A stretch of 64,000 nt of DNA from Camelus dromedarius (Eukaryota). Below, one piece after another: positions 25,124 to 37,950 of this stretch (positions within the stretch are counted from its first letter, which is position 1; every line of letters starts with the position of its first letter). Below the pieces are notes generated by a model. It was not told the origin of the DNA. It ran no database searches and worked only from the letters and a program-made list of their open reading frames with translations. The DNA lies in the NCBI RefSeq assembly GCF_036321535.1, contig NC_087437.1:14386001-14450000 (forward strand). Direction: 5' to 3'. The translations under genes and the position numbers were made by a program.

Positions 25124-25790
25124 TGTGCTGCTGTGAACATTGGGGTGCATGTATCTTTTTGAATTAAGGTTCCCTCTGGAAATATGCCCAGGAGTGGGAT
25201 TGCTGGATCATATGGTAAGACTATTTTTAGTCTTTTGAGGAATCTCCATAATGTTTTCCACAATGACTGCACCAGACTGCATTCCCACCAGCAGGGTAGG
25301 AGGGTTCCCTTTTCTCCACACCCTCTCCAGCATTTATTGTTTGTGGACTTTTGAATGATGGCCACCCTGACTGGTATGAGGTGATATAATATCTCGTTGT
25401 AGTTTTGATTTGCATTTCTCTGATAATTAGTGATATTGAGATATATTTTTTTCATGTGCCTATTGGCCATTTGTATGTCTTCATTGGAGAATTGCTTATT
25501 TAGGCCCTCTGCCTGTTTTTGGACTGGATTGTTGGATTTTTTCTTATTAAGTTGTATAAGCTATTTATATACTCTGGAAATTAAGGCTTTGTCAGTCACA
25601 TCATTTGCAAATATTTTCTCCCATTCCATAGGTTGTCGTTTTGTTTTGCTTATGGTTTCCTTTGCTGTGCAAACGCTTATACATTTAATTAGGTCCCATT
25701 TGTTAATTTTTGCTCTTATTTCTATTGTCTGGGTAGACTGCCCTAGGAGAACATTGCTAAGATTTATGTCAGAGAACGTTTTGCATATGT
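25124..25790 (-). mobile_element. L1 ORF2 C-terminal fragment, truncated at both ends
   Basis: Minus-strand ORFs 'KINKWDLIKCISVCTAKETI' and '[35 protein letters not shown]...TPMFTAA'. No 3'UTR, poly(A) or TSD seen. Confidence 0.92.
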
Positions 25791-27237
25791 TGCTGAGAAA
25801 TATGGGCTGGGGCAAAGGGAAAAACCATGAGGATATGCTAGGGGAAATGTCGTGACTCAACAAGGAGTGGCAGAGCCGGTTATGAGGCCCTCAGCATATT
25901 GTTTCTCTGTCAGACCAGTGTTTAAAACCAGTAGCTCTGGTCTTGGTTAGCATTCCTGAATTTCCCTTATTTTGCACCTTGTCCCGCTAGGATTCCCAGT
26001 CTCTGCATCTAGAAAATAGCCATCATTTAAGAGCTTGACTAAGGGGCCAGAGTAAAAGGTTAAGATGGAGAACAGATTAAAGAGCAGTGAAGGGATGAAA
26101 GTAATTCCTGTGGATAGCAAGCAGAGGGAAGAATCAGTAGAGACATTGATAGAGTTGTAAGGGCTGAAAGGAAACGGACTTGTCCATAAAGACAGGAAAT
26201 GGCACTGAGAGTAGTGCTAACACTCCCTTACACGTGTCTGTCGTTTCAGTTTAGCGTTCTTCTCACACTCTGGGGGTCAAGGACATGACTGCCATTCTCA
26301 CTATGCATGCAAGGAGGCTGATATACAGATGGGGAGGGGGACGTCCTTGATGTCTCCTGGAAGCTGAGACTGGTCCTAGTTTTGAGTAGCTTTTTGCTAT
26401 TTCTGGGACAAAATGCTGGAGATTGGGGTGGGAGTGCCTGGAACAAACAGTCTACCATAAATAGGAGAACTTAAAGGGAAAGGAGGTCCAAGGAACAGAA
26501 AAACTGTAGAAGCAGAGTATGTAATAAAAATTAAGCTGCGCTGCCCATAAAGTTTATGTCTTATAACCTTCCACTTTGACTTGTTCCTGCAGATTTTTTA
26601 AGAATCTAGAATCAGAATGTTAAAGCTGATTACCTTATGTTCTTTCCCATCTTCATTTGGCTGAAGGCCAAAAGACAGCTTTCCAGGTTGAGATGGCTGA
26701 GGGCCTCTGCCTAATCCTTGTGAAGGGAAGGGGCTTAGCCTCTTTCTGCTGTACCACCTTTCCAAAGCTGACTGGAATTTGGCCCAAGTCAGAATCAGAG
26801 ACCCAGATTTGGGAGAAGCTGATGGCAGGAAGAGAAATCAAGACCAGGTCCAAGAAATCAGATCAGCTTGCCACACCAAAGCAGAGAATGACTGCTTTGT
26901 TCAGAGATGGGAGCGCTGGAGGCACTTCCTTGGTTCTGTATATCAGATGGTCATGCCACAGCCAAAGAAGCAGGTAGACCTATGGCATAGAGACCAGAAC
27001 TTCAGGGCTGGGTTCCTGTAGTTCCTTAGTCTTTGTCTGACTGGGCAAAGACTTGAGTAAGAAGCAAGAGAAGTAAGCGAATGGGGGTGTGCGAGGTTGG
27101 CAGCTGGTGTTTTATAATTGAAAAATTAATGAAAAAGAAATCTGAGGTCTTAAACTGTATTTTTTGCAGAGAGAAAAAGTGCCAATTTAAGTGTACTTTG
27201 TGTTTCTTCTACTCCTTTTTTTCCTTTTCTGTTGCAG

Positions 27238-27459
27238 TGATTACAGTGGCCTTTAGTAAGGAGCTAGCCACGTGAGGGAGGGCTGCTGCCCAGAGCAAGT
27301 GCTGGGCAGCAGGGGAGAGGAGGGGGGTGGGTCCAGTCCACTGTTGTACCAAGGGCACAGTGCAGGAGGGCCTGGCCCCCGTGCATCCTCCAGTGCGTTG
27401 TTCAGACCGGGGACAGAGGCATTTCCTCTTCAGGGAAGGCATCCAGAGTTCTCAAAATG
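27238..27459 (+). other. Candidate 222-nt 5'UTR-type exon ending in ATG
   Basis: Long polypyrimidine tract plus 'ttgcAG' acceptor, and ends caaaATG|GTAAGG. GC-rich unique sequence with no other ATG inside. Confidence 0.4.
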
Positions 27460-29003
27460 GTAAGGCAGAAATAAAATCACTTCAACTTTTCTTTTTGTTT
27501 TCTTCTCCAAATACCCCCGCATTTCCAGTTTCCTGTGCCCAGGTGGATTCCTGCTTATTTAGGCTGGCTTCCCCCGGCTGCTGCTTAGTCAGAGGTGGCC
27601 CACTCCGGGTAGTTTCTAGTCCTTGTCTTCTGTGTAAGGAGGAACACGAACCTTGCCAGGATCCCCTGAGCTCTGTCTCCCAGACTGACGCAGTGCTGCG
27701 TCTGTTCCCAGGATGCAGGCAGTGTGTCTCCCGGGCAGCGCTAGGCCATCCTGAGGAGTCACTCTGGGTGCTGCCCGCTTTGTTCTGCGGGTCTTCTAGT
27801 CTAAGACAAACTAAATCAGCCTTGAGGAAAAAGAGCTCCCTAAACTGAAATGTGAAACAGAAGTGTGTGAGGAGTGGAGCAGAGCGTCTCACCTGCATGC
27901 CTTGGCCGACAGGGTGGAGTCTGCAGAGCTCACATGTGTACCCATCTCAGGTCTGTTTTCCGCCACCCACAGATGGGTCCCCAGAGTCACTCCTTGTGGA
28001 CAGCAGGGCATGTACCCCTCCTTCCTAACCCCTTGTGACCACTCACTCAATGTCACCCAAGGGACAGCTCCAGCCTTCCTCTAGCTCTGAAGTATAAGAA
28101 AGCCAAGTTACCCCCAAACAGGCCAGTTCTGAACCCCTCTTGGCAAATGAGTGATGCTCAGCAAAGCTGCTCTGAATTGCTGAGCTGAGCATCCAGGGTT
28201 AGATTGAGCAAGGGTGGGAGAAGCCCAAGAAAAAGTGAAGCCGAAGTTACAAAGACCGTCACCCTCTGAAGAACCGTGGAACTAATAGTGATATTTTTGA
28301 TTTTTGATTTTTGATAGGGACTCAATAATTTAAGTGAATAACCAGCCGAAACATAAATGCAATTTAGCAGAAAGTAATTAGAAACTTGAGATATGTTCAA
28401 CTAAAAGAGCTTTAAGATTGGAATTTATCTATTTAGTAAGAGTAATTCCACTAAATAAGACTAAATTATTACACTGTGAAATGTTCCCCCCTCTTCACAC
28501 ACACCCCTCAGTTTTAATCAGTTTTGGATCTTGTAGAAAAACTGGAGAAAAAAATGATTGATTAACTGATTGATTGACTGATAAATATTGTTGATTTACA
28601 ATATTAGTTTCAGGTGTACAACATAGTGATTCACAATTCTTAAAGATTATACTCCATTGAAGTTATTAAAAATAATGGCTATATTTCTCCATACTGTACA
28701 GTAAATCCTTGTTGCTTATTTATTTCATACATAATAATTTGTCTCTCACTCCCCTACCCCTATCTTGTCCCTCCCACTTCTCTCACCCCACTGGTAAACT
28801 ACTAGTTTGTTTTCTATGTCTATAAGTCTGTTTCTGTTTTGTTATATACATTCATTTGTTTTGTATTTGAGATTCCACATGTAAGTGATGACACAGTGTT
28901 TATCTTTGTTTGACTTATTTCACTAAGCATAATAATCTCTAGGTCCATTCACACTGTTGCAAATGGCAGAATTTCATTTTTTTTTTATGGTTAAGTAATA
29001 TTC

Positions 29004-29005
<2 letters not shown>

Positions 29006-29055
<50 letters not shown>
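29006..29055. repeat. Perfect (GT)25 microsatellite inside L1
   Basis: Seen directly. Confidence 0.97.
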
Positions 29056-29059
<4 letters not shown>

Positions 29060-30016
29060 AGGTTACTTCTATAGCTTGGCTGTTGTAAATAGTGCTGTTG
29101 TGAGCATTGGGATACACATATCTTTTCGAATTACTGTTTTCATTTTTTTTTGACTATATACCCAGCAATGGAATTGCCAGGTTATATGGTAGTTCTATTT
29201 TTAGTTTCTTGAGGAATCGTCATACTGCTTTCCATAGTGGCTGCAACAATTTACAATCCCACCAACACTGTATGAGGCTTTCTTTTTCTTCATATCCTCA
29301 CCAAGATTTGTTATTTGTAGACTTAGGTGATATCTCATTGTGATTTTGATTTGCATTTCTCTGATGATTAGCAATGTTGAGCATATTTCCATGTGCCTGT
29401 TAGCCATCCGTGTATCTTCTTTGGAAAAAAGAAATGTCTGTTCAGGTATTCTGCTCATTTTTTGATTGGGTTGGTTTTTTGTTTTTTGTTTGATATTGAG
29501 TTATATGAGCCACTTACATATTTTTGATATTAACCCCTTATTGGTTATATTCACAAGTGTTTTTTCCCATTCAGTAGGTCGTCTTTTCATTTTGTTGATG
29601 GTTTCCTTTGCTGTGCAAGAGATTTTAAGTTTAATTAGGCCCCACTTGTTTACTTTTGCTTCTATTTCTTTTGTCTTAAGAGACAGATCCAAAAAATATT
29701 GCTACAATTTATGTCAAAGAATGTTTTGCCTATGTTCTCTTCCAGGAGTTTTATGGTTTCAAGTCTTTCATTTAGGTCTCTAACCCATTTTGAGTTTATT
29801 TCTGTATATGGTATGAGGAAATGTTCTAGTCTCGTTCTTTTACATGTAGCTGTCCAGTTTTCCCAGCACCACTTATTGAAGAGAGTGTCTTTTCTCCATT
29901 GTGTATTCTTCCCTCTTTTGTCATAAATTAATTGACCATAAGTGCATGGGTTTATTTCAAGGCTCTCTAGCCTGTTCCATCAATCCTTATGTCTGTTTCT
30001 GTGCCAGGACCATGCT

Positions 30017-30957
30017 ACTTTTTAAAAAATTATTTTAAAGTAAAAAAAAAAAATTCTTTTTGAAGTATAGTTCATTTACAATGTTGTGTCTATTTCTGGT
30101 ATGCAGCATAATGATACAGTTAGGCATATATTCTTTTCATATTTTTTTGTTATAGGCTATTACAAGATGTTGAATATAATTCTCCATGCTAAATATTAGG
30201 ACCTTGTTGTTTATTTTATATATAGTACTTAGTATCTGCAAATCCTAAAACACCCTGTTTATCCCTCCAGTCCCCCTTCCCCCTCCACCCTCCTTCCCCC
30301 CTGGTAACCATAGGTTTGTTTTCTACGTCAGTGAGTCTGTTTCTGTCTTATAAAGAAGTTCACTTTTCTTTTTTGTTAGATTCCACATATAAGTGATATC
30401 ATATGATATTTTTCTTTCTCTTTCTGGCTTACTTCACTTAGTATGACAATTTCCAGGTCCATCTATGTTCCTGCAAATGGCATTATTTTATTATTTTTTT
30501 ATGGCTGAGTAGTATTCCATTGTGTGTATGTGTATATATATATATAGGCATGTGTATGTATGTGTGTGTATATATATGTATGTGTATATACATACACATA
30601 TACATATACATATATATGTGTATATATGTATCACATCTTCTTTATCCAATTATCTGTCGATGGACATTTAGGTTGCTTCCATGTTTTGCCTATTGTAAAT
30701 AGTGCTGCTATAAACATTGAGGTACATGTATCTTTTCAAATTAGAGTTTCCTCCAGATATATGCCCAGGAATGGGATTTCTGGATCATATGGTAACTCCA
30801 TTTTTAGTTTTTTAAGGAATCTCCATATGTTTTCCATAGTGGCTGCACTAAACTACATTCACACCAACCAAAAGGGTTCCCTTTTCTCCACACCCTCTCC
30901 AGCATTTATCATTTGTGGAGTTTTTAATGATGGCCATCCTCACTGGTGTGAGGTGGT
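30017..30957 (-). mobile_element. Younger L1 3' end nested in the 28.5-32.3 kb L1
   Basis: Duplicated target accatgct at 30009-30016 and 30958-30965, with the host ORF2 resuming after it. Has its own A/T tail, 3'UTR and a TA/TG low-complexity tract at 30520-30630. Confidence 0.9.
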
Positions 30958-33900
30958 ACCATGCTGTTTTGATTACTGTAGCTTTGTAGTATAGGCTGAG
31001 GTCAGGGAGCATGATATCTCCAGCTTTTTTTTTTTTTTTCTTCCTCAGAGTTTCTTTGGCAATTCAGGGTCTTTTGTTCCATATAAATTGTAGGATTATT
31101 TGTTATAGTTCTGTGAAAAATGTCATGGTTGTTTTGATAGGGGTTGCATTAAATCTGTGGATTGCTTTGGGTAGTATGGTCATTTTAACAATATTAGTGC
31201 TTTGAGTCCAAGAACACAGGATATCTTTCCATTTCTTTGCATTATTTTCAAATTTCTCCATCAGTATTTTATAGGTGAAAGACGGTCTTTCACCTCCTTG
31301 GTTAAGTTTATTCTTCCTTGGTGTTTTATTCTTTTTGATGTGATTGTAAATGAGATTGTTTCCTTAATTTCTCTTTTGTTCATTATTTGTATTTGGAGAG
31401 CAATAGATTTCTGTGTGTTAATCTTGTATCCCCAGCATTACTGAATTCATTTATTAGTTCTGATAGTTTTTTGGTGGGGATTTTAGTTTTCTATATATAG
31501 TTATCATGTCATCTGCAGATAGTGACAGTTTTACTTTTCCCCTTCCAATTTGGATGCCTTTTATTTCTTTTTCTTGTATTATTCCTGTGACTAGGACTTT
31601 CAATACTATGTTAAGTAGAAATGGCAAGAGTGGGCATCCTTGTCTTGTTTCTGATATTAGAGGCAAAGCTTTCAGCTTTTCACGATGGAGTATGATGTTA
31701 GTTGTGGGTTTGTCATAAATGGCCTTAATTATGTTGAGATATGTTTCCTGTATACCAACTTTGATGAGGATTTTTATCATAAATGGGTGAATTCTATTAG
31801 ATGCTTTTTCTGTGTCTACTGACGTAATCATGTGATTTTTATCTTTCCATTTGTTAATGTGGTGTATCACATTGATTGATTTGTGAATGTTGAACCATCT
31901 TTGCATACCTGGAATAAGTCCCTCTTAATCATGTTGTATGATCTTTTTTATGTATTGTTGGATTTGGTTTGCTAATATTTTGTTGAGGATTTTTGCATCT
32001 ATATTCATCAGAGATATTGGCCTGTAATTTTATTTTTTTTGTAGTGTCTTTGTCTGGCTTTGTATAGACATATACCAAATGTCTCATGCAATGTATTTGA
32101 GATTCCCTCATACAATGATTTTGGGATTATTCCGTTGTCTTTAAATTTTTGGAATAATTTGAGAAGGATAGGTATAATTCCCCTGTGTGAAGCCATCTGG
32201 TCCTGGCCTTTTGTTTGCTGGGAGTTTTTTGTTTTTGTTTTTTTAATACAAATTCAGTTTCACTACTTGTGATCATTCTTTTCAGATTGTCTATTTTTTT
32301 CTGATTCAGAACTGATAGTTTTTAAAGACCCTAAAAGGCATTCATTTATCCAACAAATAGATGTTGAAATCTGATTTTGTGTCTAGCTCTCTGCTCAGAA
32401 CTATGAGAGGGGTAAGATGCTTAAGACGTGGTTCTCACTTTTCAGAACCCTTCAGTTAAATTAGGAAGAGAAGACAAATGTGAAAAATAGTCAGAAAATA
32501 TTATAGTTATACAACAGTCAAAGACAATAAGCAGTACCAGTGATATGTAATTAGATCCTAGAAAAATGACACAGAAAGAGCTGTGACATAAAAAAGGAAA
32601 GAGATCTTTGGTAGCTGCATTTTACCAGATCACGTATTTTCCCTCAGATTTGTTTCCTCTGTGTAAAGAAGGGGCCTTTAAGCCTGGTCAGTTGAGACAA
32701 AATATGTACTGCATACTGCGTTTATCTGGGACTTGGTCCAAAGAGTGTTCTCTTCAAAAGCGTAGTTGTCCAAATCCTCCCAATGATTCTTTGGGGATTG
32801 TTGGAGGTGCAGGGAAAGAACAGTGGATCAGAAGGGCTGCTAGTCCCTCTCAGATGAGAAGGGCCCAAGCAAGGCATCCTTCTGAAGTAAGTGGCAGATG
32901 GGACAGGCTTGAAAGGGGAGAAGAATACTTGTCCACAGTTAGCATCTTGCACATCTGCTGGGATGGAGGTGTTTGGTGGTACCTCGTCTTCAAGGAAGGG
33001 CCTCACCAGAGGCATAGAGTGGCCTCGGAGTGCCGGTTGAGGTGCTTCTCTGCAAGACCAGAAGCCTCACCTCAGTGCATGGGATGTGAGACCGGATTAT
33101 TTTCTTGCTGCACGCCAAGGCTGTGAAGGTGAATAACCAGGAGAAGTGGACTCTTTCTACATACTCTACCTGTTGTCATTTTGTCCACGGGAGATGGTTA
33201 TCCAAGGGAGATGGTTGATAAAATACATCTCTGTGTGCTCCAGTGAGCAGTCCTGGCTTTTTTTTTTTTAAAACAAAAGAAAAAGGCCCAGAAGGAAACC
33301 CAAATTGGAGACGGCTCAACCATGTTCCTGAGACCTGGTGGCACAGTGTCCACTGTCTGCTGCCCACCCCATTCATACACTCACTGTTGTGTATTGAGTA
33401 AGTAGGAATAAGCATCTGAAGGCAAAAGGATGATGAATTTCAGATTCTTTGATTTGTGATTAATTTCCAGGGGCTTCTAAAGAGTTGATTAATGGGAATT
33501 GTGATACTGAAACTAAGCAACTCATTTGCATCTTTGCCTTACCTTCTCTAGGCAAATGCCCCCAAGGGCATTTGAGGGTCACCTTTGGTACTTGACAGTG
33601 ACTTCAAGGAAGAAAGGCTTCATGTAATGCTTCACCTTCCTCAAGGCCCAGTGGACTTTCTGCCCTGTGATCCTTCCCTGAGCATTTTAATCAAAATCAG
33701 TGGTCTTTTATATCTTTCCATAGCAATTTGTTCATATCTCTTATGACCACGTATCTGGTTATTCACATGTGTCTACTTCTTCCATTGCATTTTAAGGTCC
33801 TTAAGGACAGATTCCATATATTGATTTTTTATACTCAGAAGCTAGAACTAGTAGGCACTCAGTGCTGTATGCTGATTGAAAAGAAGTTTATTTAGAGGAC

Positions 33901-34536
33901 AGCCAGTGTAGTTCAATATTGTCATCGAGAAGTACTGCCATCCCTGTGCGTCATGTTTAGATATTTTCTCAGCTTTTGTAAAAAAAAAAAAAATACTAGG
34001 TTTTAATGATTATGGGAATGTAAGTTTTATTAAATCCAGGCAGACTTTAAATGGGATTTCATTGTATACAAAACAGAACTCAACATCTTCCTCTTTAAAA
34101 AGCTCCTTAAAGCTTTTCCTCTATCCGGGAGGCAAAGTGGTCTGATGAAAGAAGCATGGAGTTTAAAGTTGACCAGATGGATGACTTGGGTAAGCTGCTC
34201 TCCTCCCCTGTGCCGGTTTCCTCAGCTGTAAGATGGCAGTGATTCTGCTTCCCTGCACAATTCTAAGGCACAAGGTTGGCATGTGAGGTTAGCCTTTGTC
34301 ACTGAATGCCTTCATCCGCACCCCCATCACGTCTCATGTGGATGTTTCACTGGAAGGTGACTGTTCTGTCCTTTCAAGCCATTCTCTACCCTGGTGTTGG
34401 GGACTGTAGCTCTGTCACCACTTCCCTGTAGCTCAATGCTTCTCTATCACCTCCAGAATAAAAGTCAAATTTCTTAGCATAGTACTGGGGGCTCTGACTC
34501 CTGTTTCACACTCCAGCACTGTATCTTTTTGCTCTC

Positions 34537-35005
34537 ATGTTGGTTGATTCCTCCAGGAAGACACCAACACAGAGTTACAAAAGCAAGGGATTTACAGGGG
34601 ATGAGGGTAGGGTGGGGAGGGACACATGTCTGTGAAAGATAATGGGGAGAGGGAGCAGGAGCAGGAAGGGAAAGCTTTAGACTGCGATGCTGGTCTGAGA
34701 CCTGGAAAAGAAAGGGGGAAGGAAGGACAGTTGGGTAGGATGAGCCTCAGACTTAGGTACAACTCCAAGAAGGTCTTGTCTGACCCAACAAGAAGCTTTG
34801 GGGCAAAAATTTACCTGTAGGGTGTCCCCACTGGTGAGGAATGGTAAGCCTCACTCAGTCATTGGCTGGAACTGCATGAGGAGAGAGAACCTCAGCTTAA
34901 AAGTTGAGGCAGAGCCTAAAGACAGCTGAGAGCCATCAGCTAACTGTGCTCCTTGGGGCAGATTCTCCCTCGAAAATAAATCTGAGCAGCGCCCCTCAGG
35001 ACATC
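34537..35005 (-). mobile_element. ERVL solo LTR (LTR16-like)
   Basis: 'gaaagataatggggagagggagcaggag...agactgcgatgctggtctgagacctg...gagcctcagact...ctcagtcattggctgg...catcagctaactgtgctcct' resembles LTR16-family sequence. Confidence 0.75.
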
Positions 35006-35583
35006 TGCAGTCTGCTTTGTATTGTCGCCTCTGACGTGCCACATGCCTTCAACCACCGTTCAGCAGACAGGAGTGCCCACTTTGTGCCCTTAACCAAGCT
35101 CGCTGAGCAAAACCAGGCTCCTCTGGAGCCTGCGGTCTAACGGGGGAAATAAGTGCGAGGCAGATGTTCACAGTGACAGGGGCATGACTCCCAACCGCAC
35201 TGAGTGCTCTGGAGGAGAGGAAGACCTTCCCCTGGGAGCAGGTGACAGACGAACCTGAATTTCTCTTGCCTCTCCCTGCATACATTGTCCTTCTGCCATA
35301 ACATCCTTCCCCTGCTGCTTTGCTTGGCCAACATCCTTCACAAATAACATCCATGAACACGTCTTTAGGGTGACCAGTTGTCCCGTTTGCTTGGCTAATT
35401 CTAGTTGATTCCTTCTGTTCCAGTGTACGTATTAGCATTACCCACTCATACTCAGAATATCTCAGTTTGGACAATATATTATATGGTCATTTATTTACCA
35501 AGAATTTATATTTTCCTAGACATTTATGCAGAATATTCATTTAAAGCTCAGTGTGCCTTTAGAATAGTAACTTTTTTAAAAAC

Positions 35584-35702
35584 CAGTTTTACATTGTGAA
35601 AGTGAGACACAGGTTAAGTAACTCGAGCAAGGTCACAGAACCAGTGATGCTGGGATTCACACCTAAGCAGCCTGGCCCTGAGGCTGCGCTCTGAACCACC
35701 AG
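35584..35702 (-). mobile_element. MIR
   Basis: 'gagacacaggttaagtaactcgagcaaggtcacag...gggattcacacc'. Confidence 0.75.
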
Positions 35703-37164
35703 GCTGTTTTGCCTCTCGGGAAGCCCTCCTCTGATGCCCTGTTCCACCCCTCAGCCAGCGTGACTGTGTCTGTGTGACCCCTTTGTACCCTGTACGAGCC
35801 CTGTCGTAGCACATCGTGAGGGGCCCAGATACTGCCTCTCACTCCTCATCCCCTCACCCCCAGCGCCTCACACAGACCGAGCTCGGTGAGTCTGTTGAAT
35901 GACTCAACTAAGACGGATGAGCGGGTCATCGATGTGTGCCACCTGGACTGTTAACTGGAACAAGCCCTCAGGTGAGTTATTTTGCTCCTTTTTATGTGTT
36001 TCCCCCCTTATCCAACCTTCACACGTTATTTACCTTCACCCTCTGGCTTAATACTGGTCCCACACCTGCCCAGTTAAGAGCACTGTGGACTAAAAAGGGA
36101 CATCTTTGAAAGAAGTGTATTCTGTAGTTCTTTGTTTTGTTTAATTCTCCTTGTGGTGTCGAATTCATTGGGCAATTTATATTTCTTTTCATGTCCCTGA
36201 AGTAGTGTTTTATTTTTAGGTATTTCTAACCCAGAGGGCACTCCAAAGACAATGATATTCTGGGTTTGTTATAAAGGAATATATAATTTTTTTAAAAAAA
36301 CCGTATTTGGCATCTTGCTAAGAGACTTTCAAAGGGAGGAGACAGTTGAATAATTGAGAGATGATGGTGTTTTTCTCACCTTGCTTTACCTTCTCACGTT
36401 CCACAGGGGCTAGTCCTGAGGAAATGTAAAAAGAGGACAGACATATAGTAATTCTAAAAGCTTCACGCTACCTTTGCGTTCTTAGTTAAGACCTTAGTAA
36501 ATAAATAAAATTTCTTAAGCTATTGGAGATGGAGCGCTGAAGCTCTTGACATGGTTACAGAGAGCAGAGGAAAGGCAGCCAAGAGATTACTCTTCAGCCA
36601 GAAGTTCCCGGTCATCTGTGCAGTGCATACCCCAGTATCAGGGAGGATATGATTTTATTTTTGACCATTATATTTTTTAAAATTTCATAGATTAAAAATT
36701 ATTAGGGAGTTTCAACTGATAAAAACAAAGAGAACAGTATCATGAACTGCATATACCCAGCTTTAACATTTATCTTATAACCAGACTTGCCTACTTGAGT
36801 CAAGAACGCTACTCTCTCTAGTCAGTTTTTCTCCCAGTGTCAGTGTTCCCTTTGGTTAGGCTCCTATTACTCTCATTAAAAAAAAATCAATCTGTTAGGC
36901 CTATTCCAGCCACTCCTCCCTTCTCTCCTTACTCTAGAGAAAAAATGACCTTACATCATGGTTTGGAGCAGGCTGCTGTGAAGTTACTTATCCTGAAATG
37001 CTGTAGACATCCCGAAGCTGTCATAGGAGAAGAAGGGAGGGAGGCAGGGGCAATTCCTGCTGGAATGATGAGGCATCAGAGCTGCCCTTTGAAAGATTAT
37101 TAACTTTTGAAGAAGATTTTGGATGGATAACAAAAGAACTAATACTTGCAATTTTTAATTACTG

Positions 37165-37950
37165 TAATGACAACAATAGCTAACATGTTCGGCATGCTTA
37201 CTCTATGCCAGGCGCTGTTCCAAGCAGTTTTTTATCTGTATATATATTTTTTTGGACTATAGTCAGTTTACAATGTTGTGTCAGTTTCTGGTGTACAGCA
37301 TAATGCTTCAGTCATACATGAATATACATGTATTCATTTTCATATTCTCTTTCACCATAAGTTACTACAAGATGTTGAATGTAGTTCCCTGTGCTATACA
37401 GTATGAACTTATTTATCTATTTTATATGTATTAGTTAGTATCTGCAAATCTCAAACTCCCAATTTATCCCTTCCTACTCCCTTCCCACCTGCTAGCCATA
37501 AGTTTATTTTCTACGTCTGTGAGTCTGTTTCTGTTTTGTAAAGAAGTTCATTTTTCTCTCTCTCTCTTTTTTGTTTTTAGGTTCCACATATGAGTAATAT
37601 CACATGATATTTATCTTTCTCCTTCTGGCTACTTCACTTAGAATGACAATCTCCAGGTCCATCCATGTTGCTGCAAATTGCATTAGTGTATTCTTTTTTA
37701 TGGCCAAGTAGTATTCCATTGTTTAAATGTACCACAAGTTCTTTATCCATTCATCTGTCCATAGACATTTAGTTTGTTTCCATCTCTTGGCTATTGTAAA
37801 TAGTGCTGCTATGAACCAAGCCCTTTTCATATATTACCTCATTAATTCTCATAGCAGCTGAGAGAGGTGCAGGAACTGTTACCATTTCCATTTTACAAAT
37901 GAGGAACCTGAGGCACAGGGGAGTTAACTCATCCAAGGGCATACATAGCA
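37165..37950 (-). mobile_element. MIR split by an L1 insertion
   Basis: MIR tail 'aatagctaacatg...tatgccaggcgctgttccaagc' resumes at 37816 ('...ccattttacaaatgaggaacctgaggcacag'). Confidence 0.85.
37232..37815 (-). mobile_element. 5'-truncated younger L1 3' end with degenerate TSD
   Basis: L1 3'UTR. Flanks are ccaagcagtttt (37220-37231) and ccaagccctttt (37816-37827). Confidence 0.9.

Larger units (their letters stand above)
28555..32310 (-). mobile_element. 5'-truncated L1 (~2.8 kb excluding the nested insert)
   Basis: 3'UTR at ~28580. Minus-strand ORF 31454-31906 is RT domain ('[18 protein letters not shown]...[16 protein letters not shown]...LSLSADDM'). Confidence 0.93.

Noticed and set aside
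27327..27898. Longest non-L1 ORFs (173 aa + and 138 aa - here; also 32608-33126, 57687-58184, 40100-40546)
   Set aside because: No recognisable domain, and most start at non-ATG codons. They overlap on both strands in GC-richer or low-complexity DNA, as expected by chance.
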